A stretch of 25,673 bases of DNA, taken from positions 1 to 25,673 of the IMG/VR virus record IMGVR_UViG_3300025653_004941. One strand, given 5' to 3'. The stretch is from a virus. Lineage: Duplodnaviria > Caudoviricetes. Positions 17,165 to 25,369 of the stretch are shown in pieces (within the stretch, counting starts at the first letter, position 1; every line of letters begins with the position of its first letter). The position numbers and the translations under genes were made by a program. A model generated the notes under the pieces. It was not told where the DNA came from, ran no database searches, and saw only the letters and a program-made list of their open reading frames with translations.

Positions 17165-18054
17165 AAAAAAAATATTACTATTCAGAGATATTCCACAGCA
17201 TACAAGGCGAAGGACACTACACAGGTGTTCCGACCGCTTGGATAAGATTCTTCTTGTGCAACTTACAGTGTAGTGGATTTGGACAAATCGATCCAACTGA
17301 TCCAAGCACGTATGAATTGCCATTCGAAGACTTTGATGTTGATAGTGTGCAAAGGGTAGAAGACTTACCAGTGTGGGAGAAAGGTTGCGATTCCAGTTAC
17401 ACATGGGCAAAGAAGTTCAAGAAACTGATGGGATATGAAACACCCACTGTACTAGCAAACAAGATCGTAGATATATTAAAGACAGACACAAATGCACATG
17501 GATTGTTCTTACATCCAAACTCTAGGCAACATCAACACCTATGTTTCACTGGTGGGGAACCATTGATGATCACAGGACAGGCCGCGAGTATGGGCATATA
17601 CAGAGAACTCAAAAAACAAGCAAACCTGCCAAGTTCGATGACGTTTGAGACCAACGGCACACAGAAACTTACAGGTCCATTCAAACAGTGGGTCAAGGAC
17701 ATACCGGAGGAGATATTCTTCAGTGTGAGTCCAAAACTATTCACAGTATCAGGCGAGAAAACGGAAAAAGCAATCAAGCCAGGGAACGTGAAGGAATACG
17801 CAGAGTGTAGCAACAGAGGGCAACTGAAATTCGTTGTTGGATCAGAAAGACGACAGTGGGAAGAACTAGAGAACACCGTGAACAAATTCAGAGACGCCGG
17901 CGTGGATTGGCCAGTATGGATAATGCCCACTGGTGCAAGGGAAGAAGAGCAGACCGCAACCGCTGGTAAGGTGGCGGAGGAGGCATTCAAGAGAGGATAC
18001 AATGTTTCTGCAAGGGTTCACGTGTACCTTTTTGGTAATGCAATTGGCACATAA
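17149..18054 (+). CDS. queE: 7-carboxy-7-deazaguanine synthase (radical SAM)
   Basis: SEIFHSIQGEG, IRFFLCNLQC...GCDS, FTGGEP, FETNGT, SVSPK, LKFVV, IMP, RVH. Confidence 0.92.
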   Translation: MEQGLEKKYYYSEIFHSIQGEGHYTGVPTAWIRFFLCNLQCSGFGQIDPTDPSTYELPFEDFDVDSVQRVEDLPVWEKGCDSSYTWAKKFKKLMGYETPTVLANKIVDILKTDTNAHGLFLHPNSRQHQHLCFTGGEPLMITGQAASMGIYRELKKQANLPSSMTFETNGTQKLTGPFKQWVKDIPEEIFFSVSPKLFTVSGEKTEKAIKPGNVKEYAECSNRGQLKFVVGSERRQWEELENTVNKFRDAGVDWPVWIMPTGAREEEQTATAGKVAEEAFKRGYNVSARVHVYLFGNAIGT

Positions 18055-18057
18055 AAC

Positions 18058-18086
18058 TAGACAAAAAGGTTAAGATAAGGTATAAT
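18058..18086 (+). promoter_or_regulatory. sigma70 promoter, probably leaderless
   Basis: TAGACA (18058-18063), 17-nt spacer, TATAAT (18081-18086); ATG at 18093; no SD. Confidence 0.8.
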
Positions 18087-18092
18087 AGTAAT

Positions 18093-18425
18093 ATGAAGGT
18101 AAAGAAAACAGCAAAGACAACTATAAAGAAAAAGAACACAAAAGGTTCTAAAACTAAAAAAAGTGAAGAACCCGTTGTAAAAGTTCTCAATCTTAATGTA
18201 AACCCTGAGAATCCTAGGAACGGATTCTTTGAGTTGGACTGGAATGACGAATTCGTGAACATGTTGAAACAGTCTGGATATGAGGGACAATCAGAAGAAG
18301 AGATCGTAGACAGATGGTTCCAAACACTTTGTAGGACTATAGGAAACGAACAAGGCATAGACGTCACAGGATCTGGATATGTACAGATCAACAGGAGAGA
18401 CGACGGCAAGACCGAAGTCTCTTAA
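18093..18425 (+). CDS. Hypothetical phage protein with a basic N-terminal tail
   Basis: Lys-rich N-terminus, then GFFELDWNDEFV...EEIVDRWF. Confidence 0.75.
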   Translation: MKVKKTAKTTIKKKNTKGSKTKKSEEPVVKVLNLNVNPENPRNGFFELDWNDEFVNMLKQSGYEGQSEEEIVDRWFQTLCRTIGNEQGIDVTGSGYVQINRRDDGKTEVS

Positions 18426-18502
18426 TACCATAGAATATTTTTAGAAGAAATATCAACACCGTGATTTAATTTCGACTATCTGCAAATCTAATTAAATATT
18501 TC

Positions 18503-19531
18503 ATGTACTCACTTGAAACTTTATCAGAAATCGAGTTTGAATTAAGCAGTCATTGTAATTCTAAATGCCCACAGTGTCCTCGTTACGACACGTTTGGACG
18601 TGTACAAAAGGACCTTAATGTCACACACCTTGATCTAAACATCATTAACAAGTTGCCTATGATAAAAATGAAAAATTTAAAAAAAGTAGGATTCTGTGGT
18701 AATTTTGGTGATCCGTTAATGCACCCTAGTCTAGATGATATTATAAGTTTTTTCAAACGCCAGCAAATATCAATCAGCACCAATGCCTCTCTGAGAAGTA
18801 AGGGATGGTGGGCGAAATTAGGAACAAATAAAAACATCTCTGTCATTTTTTGTATAGACGGTATAGGATCCACACACGAGCTTTACAGGAGAAACACTTC
18901 CTACAAAAAAATAATACAAAATGCCAAAGCATTCATTGATGCGGGCGGAACGGCCAAATGGCAATTCATCGTGTTCCGTCACAACGAACATCAACTCAAC
19001 GAAGCAAAACAAATAAGTGAGGAAATGGGATTCGAAAGAATTGACTTCATTTATTCTGATAGATTTGATACCAACAACAAATGGAAGGTGTATGATGATA
19101 ACAATTATCTATACGATCTAGAAAAATCGTCACATCAGACAACATTGAAAAAATCTTTAAATGCCCCAGACGGAGAGAAGTATTGGAAATCGTTGCTGAA
19201 AAATCGAGGATCGATCACTTGTATGTGGAGCGAGATGAAGAAATTATACATACACAGTGATGGTACGGTGTATCCTTGCTGTATGCTTGGCTCCATAGAA
19301 GCAGGGAGAAACTTAGAAAAACTTATGTTGAAAAAACTGGTCAAAGATTTCAAAAAAATAGATCTGGCACATCACGGTCTGGAAGAAATTGTAAAATCGG
19401 ATATATTACAAAAGATTTTGCCTGACAGTATCAAGGGAGATCCCTTCCACCATCCTGTCTGTATCGAATGGTGCAATAAAAAGACCGGAAAATGGTATTT
19501 TGATAACGACGTACCAAACAACATTGAGTAG
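18503..19531 (+). CDS. Radical SAM protein with SPASM/twitch domain
   Basis: CNSKCPQC, GNFGDP, STNAS, IDG, C...YIHSDGTVYPCC, CIEWC. Confidence 0.88.
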   Translation: MYSLETLSEIEFELSSHCNSKCPQCPRYDTFGRVQKDLNVTHLDLNIINKLPMIKMKNLKKVGFCGNFGDPLMHPSLDDIISFFKRQQISISTNASLRSKGWWAKLGTNKNISVIFCIDGIGSTHELYRRNTSYKKIIQNAKAFIDAGGTAKWQFIVFRHNEHQLNEAKQISEEMGFERIDFIYSDRFDTNNKWKVYDDNNYLYDLEKSSHQTTLKKSLNAPDGEKYWKSLLKNRGSITCMWSEMKKLYIHSDGTVYPCCMLGSIEAGRNLEKLMLKKLVKDFKKIDLAHHGLEEIVKSDILQKILPDSIKGDPFHHPVCIEWCNKKTGKWYFDNDVPNNIE

Positions 19532-19557
19532 ACAAATCACCTAATGAATGCTATAAT
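19529..19557 (+). promoter_or_regulatory. sigma70 extended -10 promoter, probably leaderless
   Basis: TAGACA (19529-19534), 17-nt spacer, TG-n-TATAAT (19552-19557); ATG at 19563; no SD. Confidence 0.8.
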
Positions 19558-19562
19558 TAAGC

Positions 19563-20552
19563 ATGACGCACATACTTGTAGACACAGCAAACACATTCTT
19601 CCGTGCTAGGCACGTGATCAGAGGAGACACTTCTGAAAAAGTCGGCATGGCCATCCATATAATGATGAATTCTATCAAGAAAGCATGGCAGGACTTCGAT
19701 GGCACACATGTGGTCTTCTGTTTGGAAGGCAGATCATTCAGGAAAGACATGTACGCACCCTACAAACGTAATCGTAAAGAGATGGCAGATGCCATGACAG
19801 AGAAGGAAAAAGAAGAGAACGAAGTGTTCTGGGAGGTTTACGATGATTTCTGTGACTTCATCAAGACAAAAACAAATGCCACGGTGTTGCGTAATCCAAG
19901 AACAGAGGCAGATGATCTCATAGCAAGATGGATAGACAAACATCCGGACCAAGAACATGTTATAATAAGCACAGACAAGGATCTCAATCAACTGATCACA
20001 CCACGTGTGAAACAATACAATGGTGTGAATGAGACAACACTCACACACAAGGGTTGGTTTGACGCCAAGACCGGCAAACCCGTGATAGACAAGAAATTGA
20101 AGGCACCCAAGCCTGCACCGGACACGGAATGGTTGATATTTGAAAAGGCCATGAGGGGCGATCCATCAGACAACATATTCTCAGCATACCCAGGTGTGCG
20201 TACAAAAGGCACAAAGAACAAGATAGGTTTACAAGAAGCATACGCGGATCGTAACGAAAAAGGTTACACTTGGAACAATCTCATGTTGAGCAAATGGGTT
20301 GATCATGACGGGAACGAACACAGGGTATTGGAAGACTACGAAAGGAACAGGGCATTAGTGGACCTACACGCACAGCCAGAGGCTATCATAGAGGAACTGG
20401 ATCAAACCATTGCACAGGCCAAGGCAGAGAACAAGAGCGTAGATCAAGTTGGAATCAGATTCATGAGGTTCTGTGGCAAGTATGATTTAAATAGGATTAG
20501 TGAGCAGGCACAACTGTACGTTGAGCCTTTTAATGCGAGGTTGGTATCATGA
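19563..20552 (+). CDS. rnh: T4 RNase H-like 5'-3' exonuclease / flap endonuclease
   Basis: ILVDTAN, YKRNR, EADDLIA, STDKDL, GDPSDNI. Confidence 0.9.
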   Translation: MTHILVDTANTFFRARHVIRGDTSEKVGMAIHIMMNSIKKAWQDFDGTHVVFCLEGRSFRKDMYAPYKRNRKEMADAMTEKEKEENEVFWEVYDDFCDFIKTKTNATVLRNPRTEADDLIARWIDKHPDQEHVIISTDKDLNQLITPRVKQYNGVNETTLTHKGWFDAKTGKPVIDKKLKAPKPAPDTEWLIFEKAMRGDPSDNIFSAYPGVRTKGTKNKIGLQEAYADRNEKGYTWNNLMLSKWVDHDGNEHRVLEDYERNRALVDLHAQPEAIIEELDQTIAQAKAENKSVDQVGIRFMRFCGKYDLNRISEQAQLYVEPFNARLVS

Positions 20553-21052
20553 CAGTCAGAGCAAAGACCTTAGTCAAAGACAAGTTTTGGATAGTCGAGC
20601 AAAACGGCCAAAAGTTAGGTACCCTTCAGAAACAAGCGGACAACGGGTGGATCTTCCTCAGCAAACAACAAAACAAAGAAGTGTTCCACACACAGGAGAG
20701 CCTGTTCACCAAGTTTGGATTTGGCATATTTGATGAATCAAATCTAAAGAAACCTGAAGAGGAAATACAGACTGACAATTTCGATGTGCATGGTTTCCCT
20801 TGTAGCCAACACCCTTACAATCCCATGTTCGATGTGCAGAAACAATTACCCGTGTACACCAAAACACCAAAGTCAAAAAGCCAATTCTGTGCAGGTTACT
20901 ACATAATCTGTTTTGAAAAAGGATGGAGAAAAGCATACTGTCCAAAAATGATAACACTTTCAAGGTACGAATACAAAGGACCAATCAAGACCAAACTAGA
21001 AATGCAACAGGTATTAAATGACGCAGTCAAACAGTTCCAAGATTCAAACTAG
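20549..21052 (+). CDS. Hypothetical phage protein
   Basis: 167 aa, ATGA-coupled to rnh; LPVYTKTPKSKSQFCAGYY...CPK...GP. Confidence 0.75.
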   Translation: MTVRAKTLVKDKFWIVEQNGQKLGTLQKQADNGWIFLSKQQNKEVFHTQESLFTKFGFGIFDESNLKKPEEEIQTDNFDVHGFPCSQHPYNPMFDVQKQLPVYTKTPKSKSQFCAGYYIICFEKGWRKAYCPKMITLSRYEYKGPIKTKLEMQQVLNDAVKQFQDSN

Positions 21053-21278
21053 ACCCATTGAGGATCTCATAGGCAGGATCAGAACCCTTAGACAGAAGGG
21101 CGAGAGACAGATCGTTATACAGGCCAAAGAGGCGGATCAACTGGCCGACAGCCTCACACAAGTTATGACACGTATGGTCACAATCCAGGAAGAGATCATA
21201 GAGGCACTAAAGACAGCCAGAGAAGCACAGACCGTGGACATAGAGATGGATGGTGGCACTTTCTCAGACAAAAAATAA
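21018..21278 (+). CDS. Hypothetical helical protein
   Basis: 86 aa amphipathic helices ending MDGGTF. Confidence 0.7.
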   Translation: MTQSNSSKIQTRPIEDLIGRIRTLRQKGERQIVIQAKEADQLADSLTQVMTRMVTIQEEIIEALKTAREAQTVDIEMDGGTFSDKK

Positions 21279-21343
21279 CGTCAATAGGTAGCAATGATAA
21301 TATCCACAGACCCGTCCAATACTCACACACGATAAGATTTTTG

Positions 21344-21350
21344 GTAAATA
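21344..21350 (+). promoter_or_regulatory. Putative late-type promoter element (GTAAATA)
   Basis: TAAATA in an intergenic gap 21 nt before ATG 21372; no clear sigma70 pair. Confidence 0.4.
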
Positions 21351-21371
21351 CACATAGTAAAGAGCGAACCT

Positions 21372-21659
21372 ATGAGCAGACCAAAACCCACAGTGCTGTT
21401 GCAACACAGCGATAAATCTACCTTCAAAATGGACGAGGTCCTGGCGGCCGAGGGCATCTGGGCGGTGTTCTATGATGGCAAACCAATCAACTTGAAATCA
21501 TCAAGTTTGGTGGCAAATTACCCTGGACCAAAATACAAGAAAGTTTCGTTCTCAAATCCAGGACATGCTGAGAACTTGGCAAAAAAATTAAATGCTCAAC
21601 ACAACACAGACAAGTTTGGTGTTTATCTTTTAAAAACCGGCGACAAATTCACTAGATAA
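21372..21659 (+). CDS. Hypothetical phage protein
   Basis: MSRPKP...WAVFYDGKPINL...GPKYKKVSFSNPGHA. Confidence 0.75.
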   Translation: MSRPKPTVLLQHSDKSTFKMDEVLAAEGIWAVFYDGKPINLKSSSLVANYPGPKYKKVSFSNPGHAENLAKKLNAQHNTDKFGVYLLKTGDKFTR

Positions 21660-21670
21660 TTAACTACACA

Positions 21671-22066
21671 ATGGATCGCAAGACAGCCTACACCCGGACC
21701 TTCCTTGAACTTCTCGAACAACCCATCCACGACGAGAGCATAAAGACCAACTACTACACTTGGTGGCAGAATGTACGTGAGAGTTACCAGGCAAGATCAT
21801 TAAGATTGACCAAACCAGGTTTGGAAATGCTGGAAAAATTGGATATCAAGACCTATGACATCAAGTTTCCTGCCAAGGTCATATTCACACCCCAGACATA
21901 CCTGTGGTTGGACGAATTCGTTGACTGTCCCTACTACGTGGACAAGAAGAAGATCATCGTCACAATGGAGAAAATGGCACTACAACTGATGCTTTTCGCT
22001 GGAGATATCACGAAATACGGACTTGCCCGTGCAATGAGCAAGATGGACGAGCAAAAAGATCAATAA
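21671..22066 (+). CDS. Hypothetical phage protein
   Basis: 131 aa; WWQN...SLRLT...CPYY. Confidence 0.75.
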   Translation: MDRKTAYTRTFLELLEQPIHDESIKTNYYTWWQNVRESYQARSLRLTKPGLEMLEKLDIKTYDIKFPAKVIFTPQTYLWLDEFVDCPYYVDKKKIIVTMEKMALQLMLFAGDITKYGLARAMSKMDEQKDQ

Positions 22067-22096
22067 AACTGCGACTTTTTAGCCTGATTTACCAGG

Positions 22097-22124
22097 TTGA
22101 CGCACAACACATTCCTGCTATAAT
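22097..22124 (+). promoter_or_regulatory. sigma70 extended -10 promoter
   Basis: TTGACG (22097-22102), 16-nt spacer, TG-n-TATAAT (22119-22124); AGGAG at 22146-22150. Confidence 0.75.
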
Positions 22125-22158
22125 GGTATTATAAACATTTTAAACAGGAGTGTACAAA

Positions 22159-23265
22159 ATGGCAAGAGCTAACAAAAACAAAGAGGCGGCAGTAGGCAGT
22201 CAAAACAGAACAGTTTCACCCAACGAGGCGAAATCAGCACTAACACATTGTATCAAATTACAGAGACCCATAATGATGTGGGGAGCACCAGGTATTGGTA
22301 AGTCCGACATCGTGAAACAGATCGCAGATTCTGAGGGCAGAGAAGTGATCGACATCAGACTTCCATTATGGGAACCAACAGACATCAAGGGTATTCCGTA
22401 TTACAATGCAAAAGAGAACAACATGGTTTGGGCTAGTCCGGCAGAACTGCCAACTGATCCCAAGTCAACTGCTATTGTGTTCTTGGACGAGTTGAACTCG
22501 GCGGCACCGGCTGTACAGGCGGCGGCATACCAACTTATACTAAACAGAAGAGTAGGGCAGTATCACCTACCAGAAGGCGTTTCGATTGTGGCGGCAGGTA
22601 ACAGAGACTCAGACAAGGGTGTCACTTACAGAATGCCGGCTCCATTGGCAAACAGATTTGTCCACATTGAATTGAGAGTGGACTTTGAAGACTGGATGGA
22701 ATGGGCGACCAACCAACATGTACACGCAGATGTCGTAGGTTACTGCACATTCGCCAAACAAGATTTATACGATTTTGATCCTAGAGGTAGCTCTAGATCA
22801 TTCGCAACTCCAAGATCATGGAGTTTCGTATCCCAACTTCTATCAGATGACCTGCCAGAAAGTACGCTCACTGACCTCGTAGCAGGTTGCGTAGGAGAAG
22901 GCCTGGCCGTTAAGTTTATGAATCATCGTAAGATTAGCGGTCAGTTACCTAACCCATCTGATATATTGAGCGGTAAGGTCCGAGACCTTAAGACAAAAGA
23001 GATATCAGCGATGTACTCTCTTACAGTTTCTTTGTGCTATGAACTACAACAGGCACACGAGAAGAAGGACAAGACTTGGAATGAACAAGCGGACAGGTTC
23101 TTCAACTACATGATGGACAACTTCGAGACTGAACTTGTGGTGATGGGTGCGAAGATCGCCTTGACCAACTACAAACTTCCGTTCGATCCTAGCAAGTTGA
23201 AATCATTTGATAGGTTCCATAAGAAGTTTGGCAAGTACGTCATAACTGCTATGGAGTCTAAGTAA
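22159..23265 (+). CDS. MoxR-like AAA+ ATPase
   Basis: Walker A GAPGIGKS, Walker B VFLDE, AAGN, LANRF, ATPRSW; start at ATG 22159 based on SD spacing. Confidence 0.9.
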   Translation: MARANKNKEAAVGSQNRTVSPNEAKSALTHCIKLQRPIMMWGAPGIGKSDIVKQIADSEGREVIDIRLPLWEPTDIKGIPYYNAKENNMVWASPAELPTDPKSTAIVFLDELNSAAPAVQAAAYQLILNRRVGQYHLPEGVSIVAAGNRDSDKGVTYRMPAPLANRFVHIELRVDFEDWMEWATNQHVHADVVGYCTFAKQDLYDFDPRGSSRSFATPRSWSFVSQLLSDDLPESTLTDLVAGCVGEGLAVKFMNHRKISGQLPNPSDILSGKVRDLKTKEISAMYSLTVSLCYELQQAHEKKDKTWNEQADRFFNYMMDNFETELVVMGAKIALTNYKLPFDPSKLKSFDRFHKKFGKYVITAMESK

Positions 23266-24503
23266 TGGTTGATTATCACGATCAAAAAATAATAGACAAA
23301 CTGGTTACTGCGAGGATCGCCTTGCTGTTGAAACATCCGTTCTTTGGTAACCTCGCAACTAGATTGAAACTGGTGAACGCAGATGACTGGTGTCCCACAG
23401 CAGGTACAGATGGCAGGCACTTCTTCTACAACACCAAATTCATAGATTCACTCACACCCAAGGAGGCGGAGTTCTTGTTTGGACATGAAGTACTACACAA
23501 CGTATTCGAACACATGCTGGTGAGGATCGGAGACAGGGATCCACAACTTTGGAACATCGCGGCTGATTATGCCGTTAACCAGATATTGAAAGACAGCAAC
23601 ATCGGTGAGATGCCCAAGGGCAAGAAAGGTGAGAACAAAGGCTTCCAGGACGACAAGTACAAGGACTGGGCATCAGAAAGAATATACGATGACATCTACA
23701 AACAGGCCAAGAAGAACGGCAAGAAGATGTTGGAGAAACTGGGCGAGCTTATGGACGATCACCAGGAGTGGGGCAAAGGTGAAGGAGAAGGCAAGGACGG
23801 CAAGGATGGCAAGAAGGGTGGCAAAGGCAAGCCTGTGTACACCAAGGAAGAATTGAAGAAGATCAGAGATGAAGTAAAAGAAGCAATGGTGAGTGCGGCA
23901 CAGTCAACAGGTGCTAGTAATCTACCAGGTGCTTTACAGAGACTGGTCAAGGACCTCACAGAGCCCAAGATGGACTGGAGAGAAATATTACAACAACAGA
24001 TAATGAGCACATTGAAGTCAGACTACACTTGGATGAGACCTAGTAGAAAGTCATGGCACACATCTGCCATACTGCCAGGACAGAACAATGATGAGATGAT
24101 TGACATATGTTTGGCCCTTGATGCCAGCGGTAGTATCAGCAACGAACAGTGTAGAGAGTTCCTTACAGAGGTTAAGAACATAATGGATCAATACAAGGAC
24201 TTCAGAATACATTTATGGTCGTTTGATACTGCGGTGTTCAATCCAAAAGTATTCACACCAGACAACGCAGATGAACTGCTAGACTATGAACTAGGTTCAG
24301 GTGGTGGTACGGAGTTCGAATGTAATTGGGACTACATGAAGGAACAGGGCATAGAGCCCAAGAAGTTCGTGATGTTCACAGACGGTTGGCCTTTTGAGAC
24401 GTGGGGTGACGAACACTACTGTGACACAATATTCTTGATCAACAATCCATACGAGAGAGACATAGAGGCTCCTTTTGGACTTACGGTACAGTACAATGAT
24501 TAG
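23265..24503 (+). CDS. Metallopeptidase-like plus vWA domain protein (DUF2201-type), MoxR partner
   Basis: TAGTDG, HEVLH, WNIAADYAVN, MIDAS DASGS, GGGT, FTDG; TAATG-coupled to the ATPase. Confidence 0.88.
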   Translation: MVDYHDQKIIDKLVTARIALLLKHPFFGNLATRLKLVNADDWCPTAGTDGRHFFYNTKFIDSLTPKEAEFLFGHEVLHNVFEHMLVRIGDRDPQLWNIAADYAVNQILKDSNIGEMPKGKKGENKGFQDDKYKDWASERIYDDIYKQAKKNGKKMLEKLGELMDDHQEWGKGEGEGKDGKDGKKGGKGKPVYTKEELKKIRDEVKEAMVSAAQSTGASNLPGALQRLVKDLTEPKMDWREILQQQIMSTLKSDYTWMRPSRKSWHTSAILPGQNNDEMIDICLALDASGSISNEQCREFLTEVKNIMDQYKDFRIHLWSFDTAVFNPKVFTPDNADELLDYELGSGGGTEFECNWDYMKEQGIEPKKFVMFTDGWPFETWGDEHYCDTIFLINNPYERDIEAPFGLTVQYND

Positions 24504-24606
24504 GATCCTTTGGGAAACTTTCAAAGACTGGTTCTTCAATGAAGTGTCAATATCCATATTGAGTTTTGGATTACTACTAATAGCACTATGGAGTTACCTG
24601 TCATGA
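24496..24606 (+). CDS. 36-aa single-TM microprotein
   Basis: MIRILWETFKDWFFNEVSISILSFGLLLIALWSYLS; overlaps the upstream stop and is ATGA-coupled downstream; below the ORF-track cutoff. Confidence 0.55.
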   Translation: MIRILWETFKDWFFNEVSISILSFGLLLIALWSYLS

Positions 24607-24674
24607 TCAGTGCAGTAATAAAAGCGTCATTGGTTATGGCCTTGATTTTAATAATTTTGAATTGGATGTTGTAA
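24603..24674 (+). CDS. 23-aa hydrophobic micropeptide
   Basis: MISAVIKASLVMALILIILNWML; ATGA overlap upstream and TAATG overlap downstream. Confidence 0.5.
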   Translation: MISAVIKASLVMALILIILNWML

Positions 24675-25030
24675 TGATGATGTTTCCAAACACGAATCCA
24701 TACACGGGCAAACTTGAGAAGGTGAAGAATCTACGCAACTGGATGATAGATGCCGCCACGATCCTGTTTGACGATAGCAAGAATGATCTACGGGCATTGC
24801 CAAAGACCGTGAGACTCCAGATACTCGTGACTTTGAGTTTCCTATGGAGCACAGCATTCACAATCTACTTTTGGGGCATACGAACCGACATTTGGCTGAG
24901 TTGGTTCCTGGGACATCTAGCAGTGATATTCGTGGCCTACTACACTTTCAAACAGTTCCACGGTAAAGCACACACGATGAAAGCCAGCAAAGAAGAACCA
25001 CCAATGTACGATGATGTTTGGGGAGCCTGA
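24674..25030 (+). CDS. Membrane protein (2 TM)
   Basis: Start at the TAATG overlap (MMMFP...); two hydrophobic helices. Confidence 0.7.
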   Translation: MMMFPNTNPYTGKLEKVKNLRNWMIDAATILFDDSKNDLRALPKTVRLQILVTLSFLWSTAFTIYFWGIRTDIWLSWFLGHLAVIFVAYYTFKQFHGKAHTMKASKEEPPMYDDVWGA

Positions 25031-25296
25031 TGAAAGTGAATCCAAACAACTTCTTCAAAAGAGAATTAGACATATTACCACCACACTTTGTGAATACAGT
25101 GGTGAAGGCACACGAGTCCGACATTGAAAAAATGCGTAAATGGATCTACGAGAACTGCCACGGCAGATATTCAATTACCAAAGATGTCGTCTACAAAGGT
25201 GATCAATCAAGATCGGTCACAGTACTTGGTTTCGAGAATCCAGGTGATCTAACCCTGTTCGCACTCAGTGGTATTGCCCAAATCAATCAAAACTAA
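25030..25296 (+). CDS. Hypothetical phage protein
   Basis: TGATG-coupled start (MKVNP...); PPHF, WIYEN, GRY, GFENP. Confidence 0.7.
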   Translation: MKVNPNNFFKRELDILPPHFVNTVVKAHESDIEKMRKWIYENCHGRYSITKDVVYKGDQSRSVTVLGFENPGDLTLFALSGIAQINQN

Positions 25297-25299
25297 TCG

Positions 25300-25330
25300 T
25301 TGCACTCGATAACTAATTTTAGTATAATAT
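25300..25330 (+). promoter_or_regulatory. Possible sigma70 promoter
   Basis: TTGCAC (25300-25305) and TATAAT (25325-25330) with a long 19-nt spacer; AGGAG at 25356-25360. Confidence 0.4.
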
Positions 25331-25369
25331 ACGTATATTAATACCAATTGCAATTAGGAGAAATAACAA

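Noticed and set aside
23790-23816. 9-bp tandem repeat GGCAAGGAC/GGCAAGGAT/GGCAAGAAG
   Set aside because: It encodes the Gly/Lys/Asp linker usual in DUF2201 proteins; it is not an array.
321-24861. Many minus-strand and alternative-frame ORFs in the track (e.g. 2496-3185, 14562-15083, 17532-18002)
   Set aside because: They are shadows of well-supported plus-strand genes, with no motifs or translation signals.
25346-25355. Palindrome AATTGCAATT beside the SD (also CCTATAGG at 15636-15643)
   Set aside because: Short, unrelated to each other and expected by chance in AT-rich gaps.
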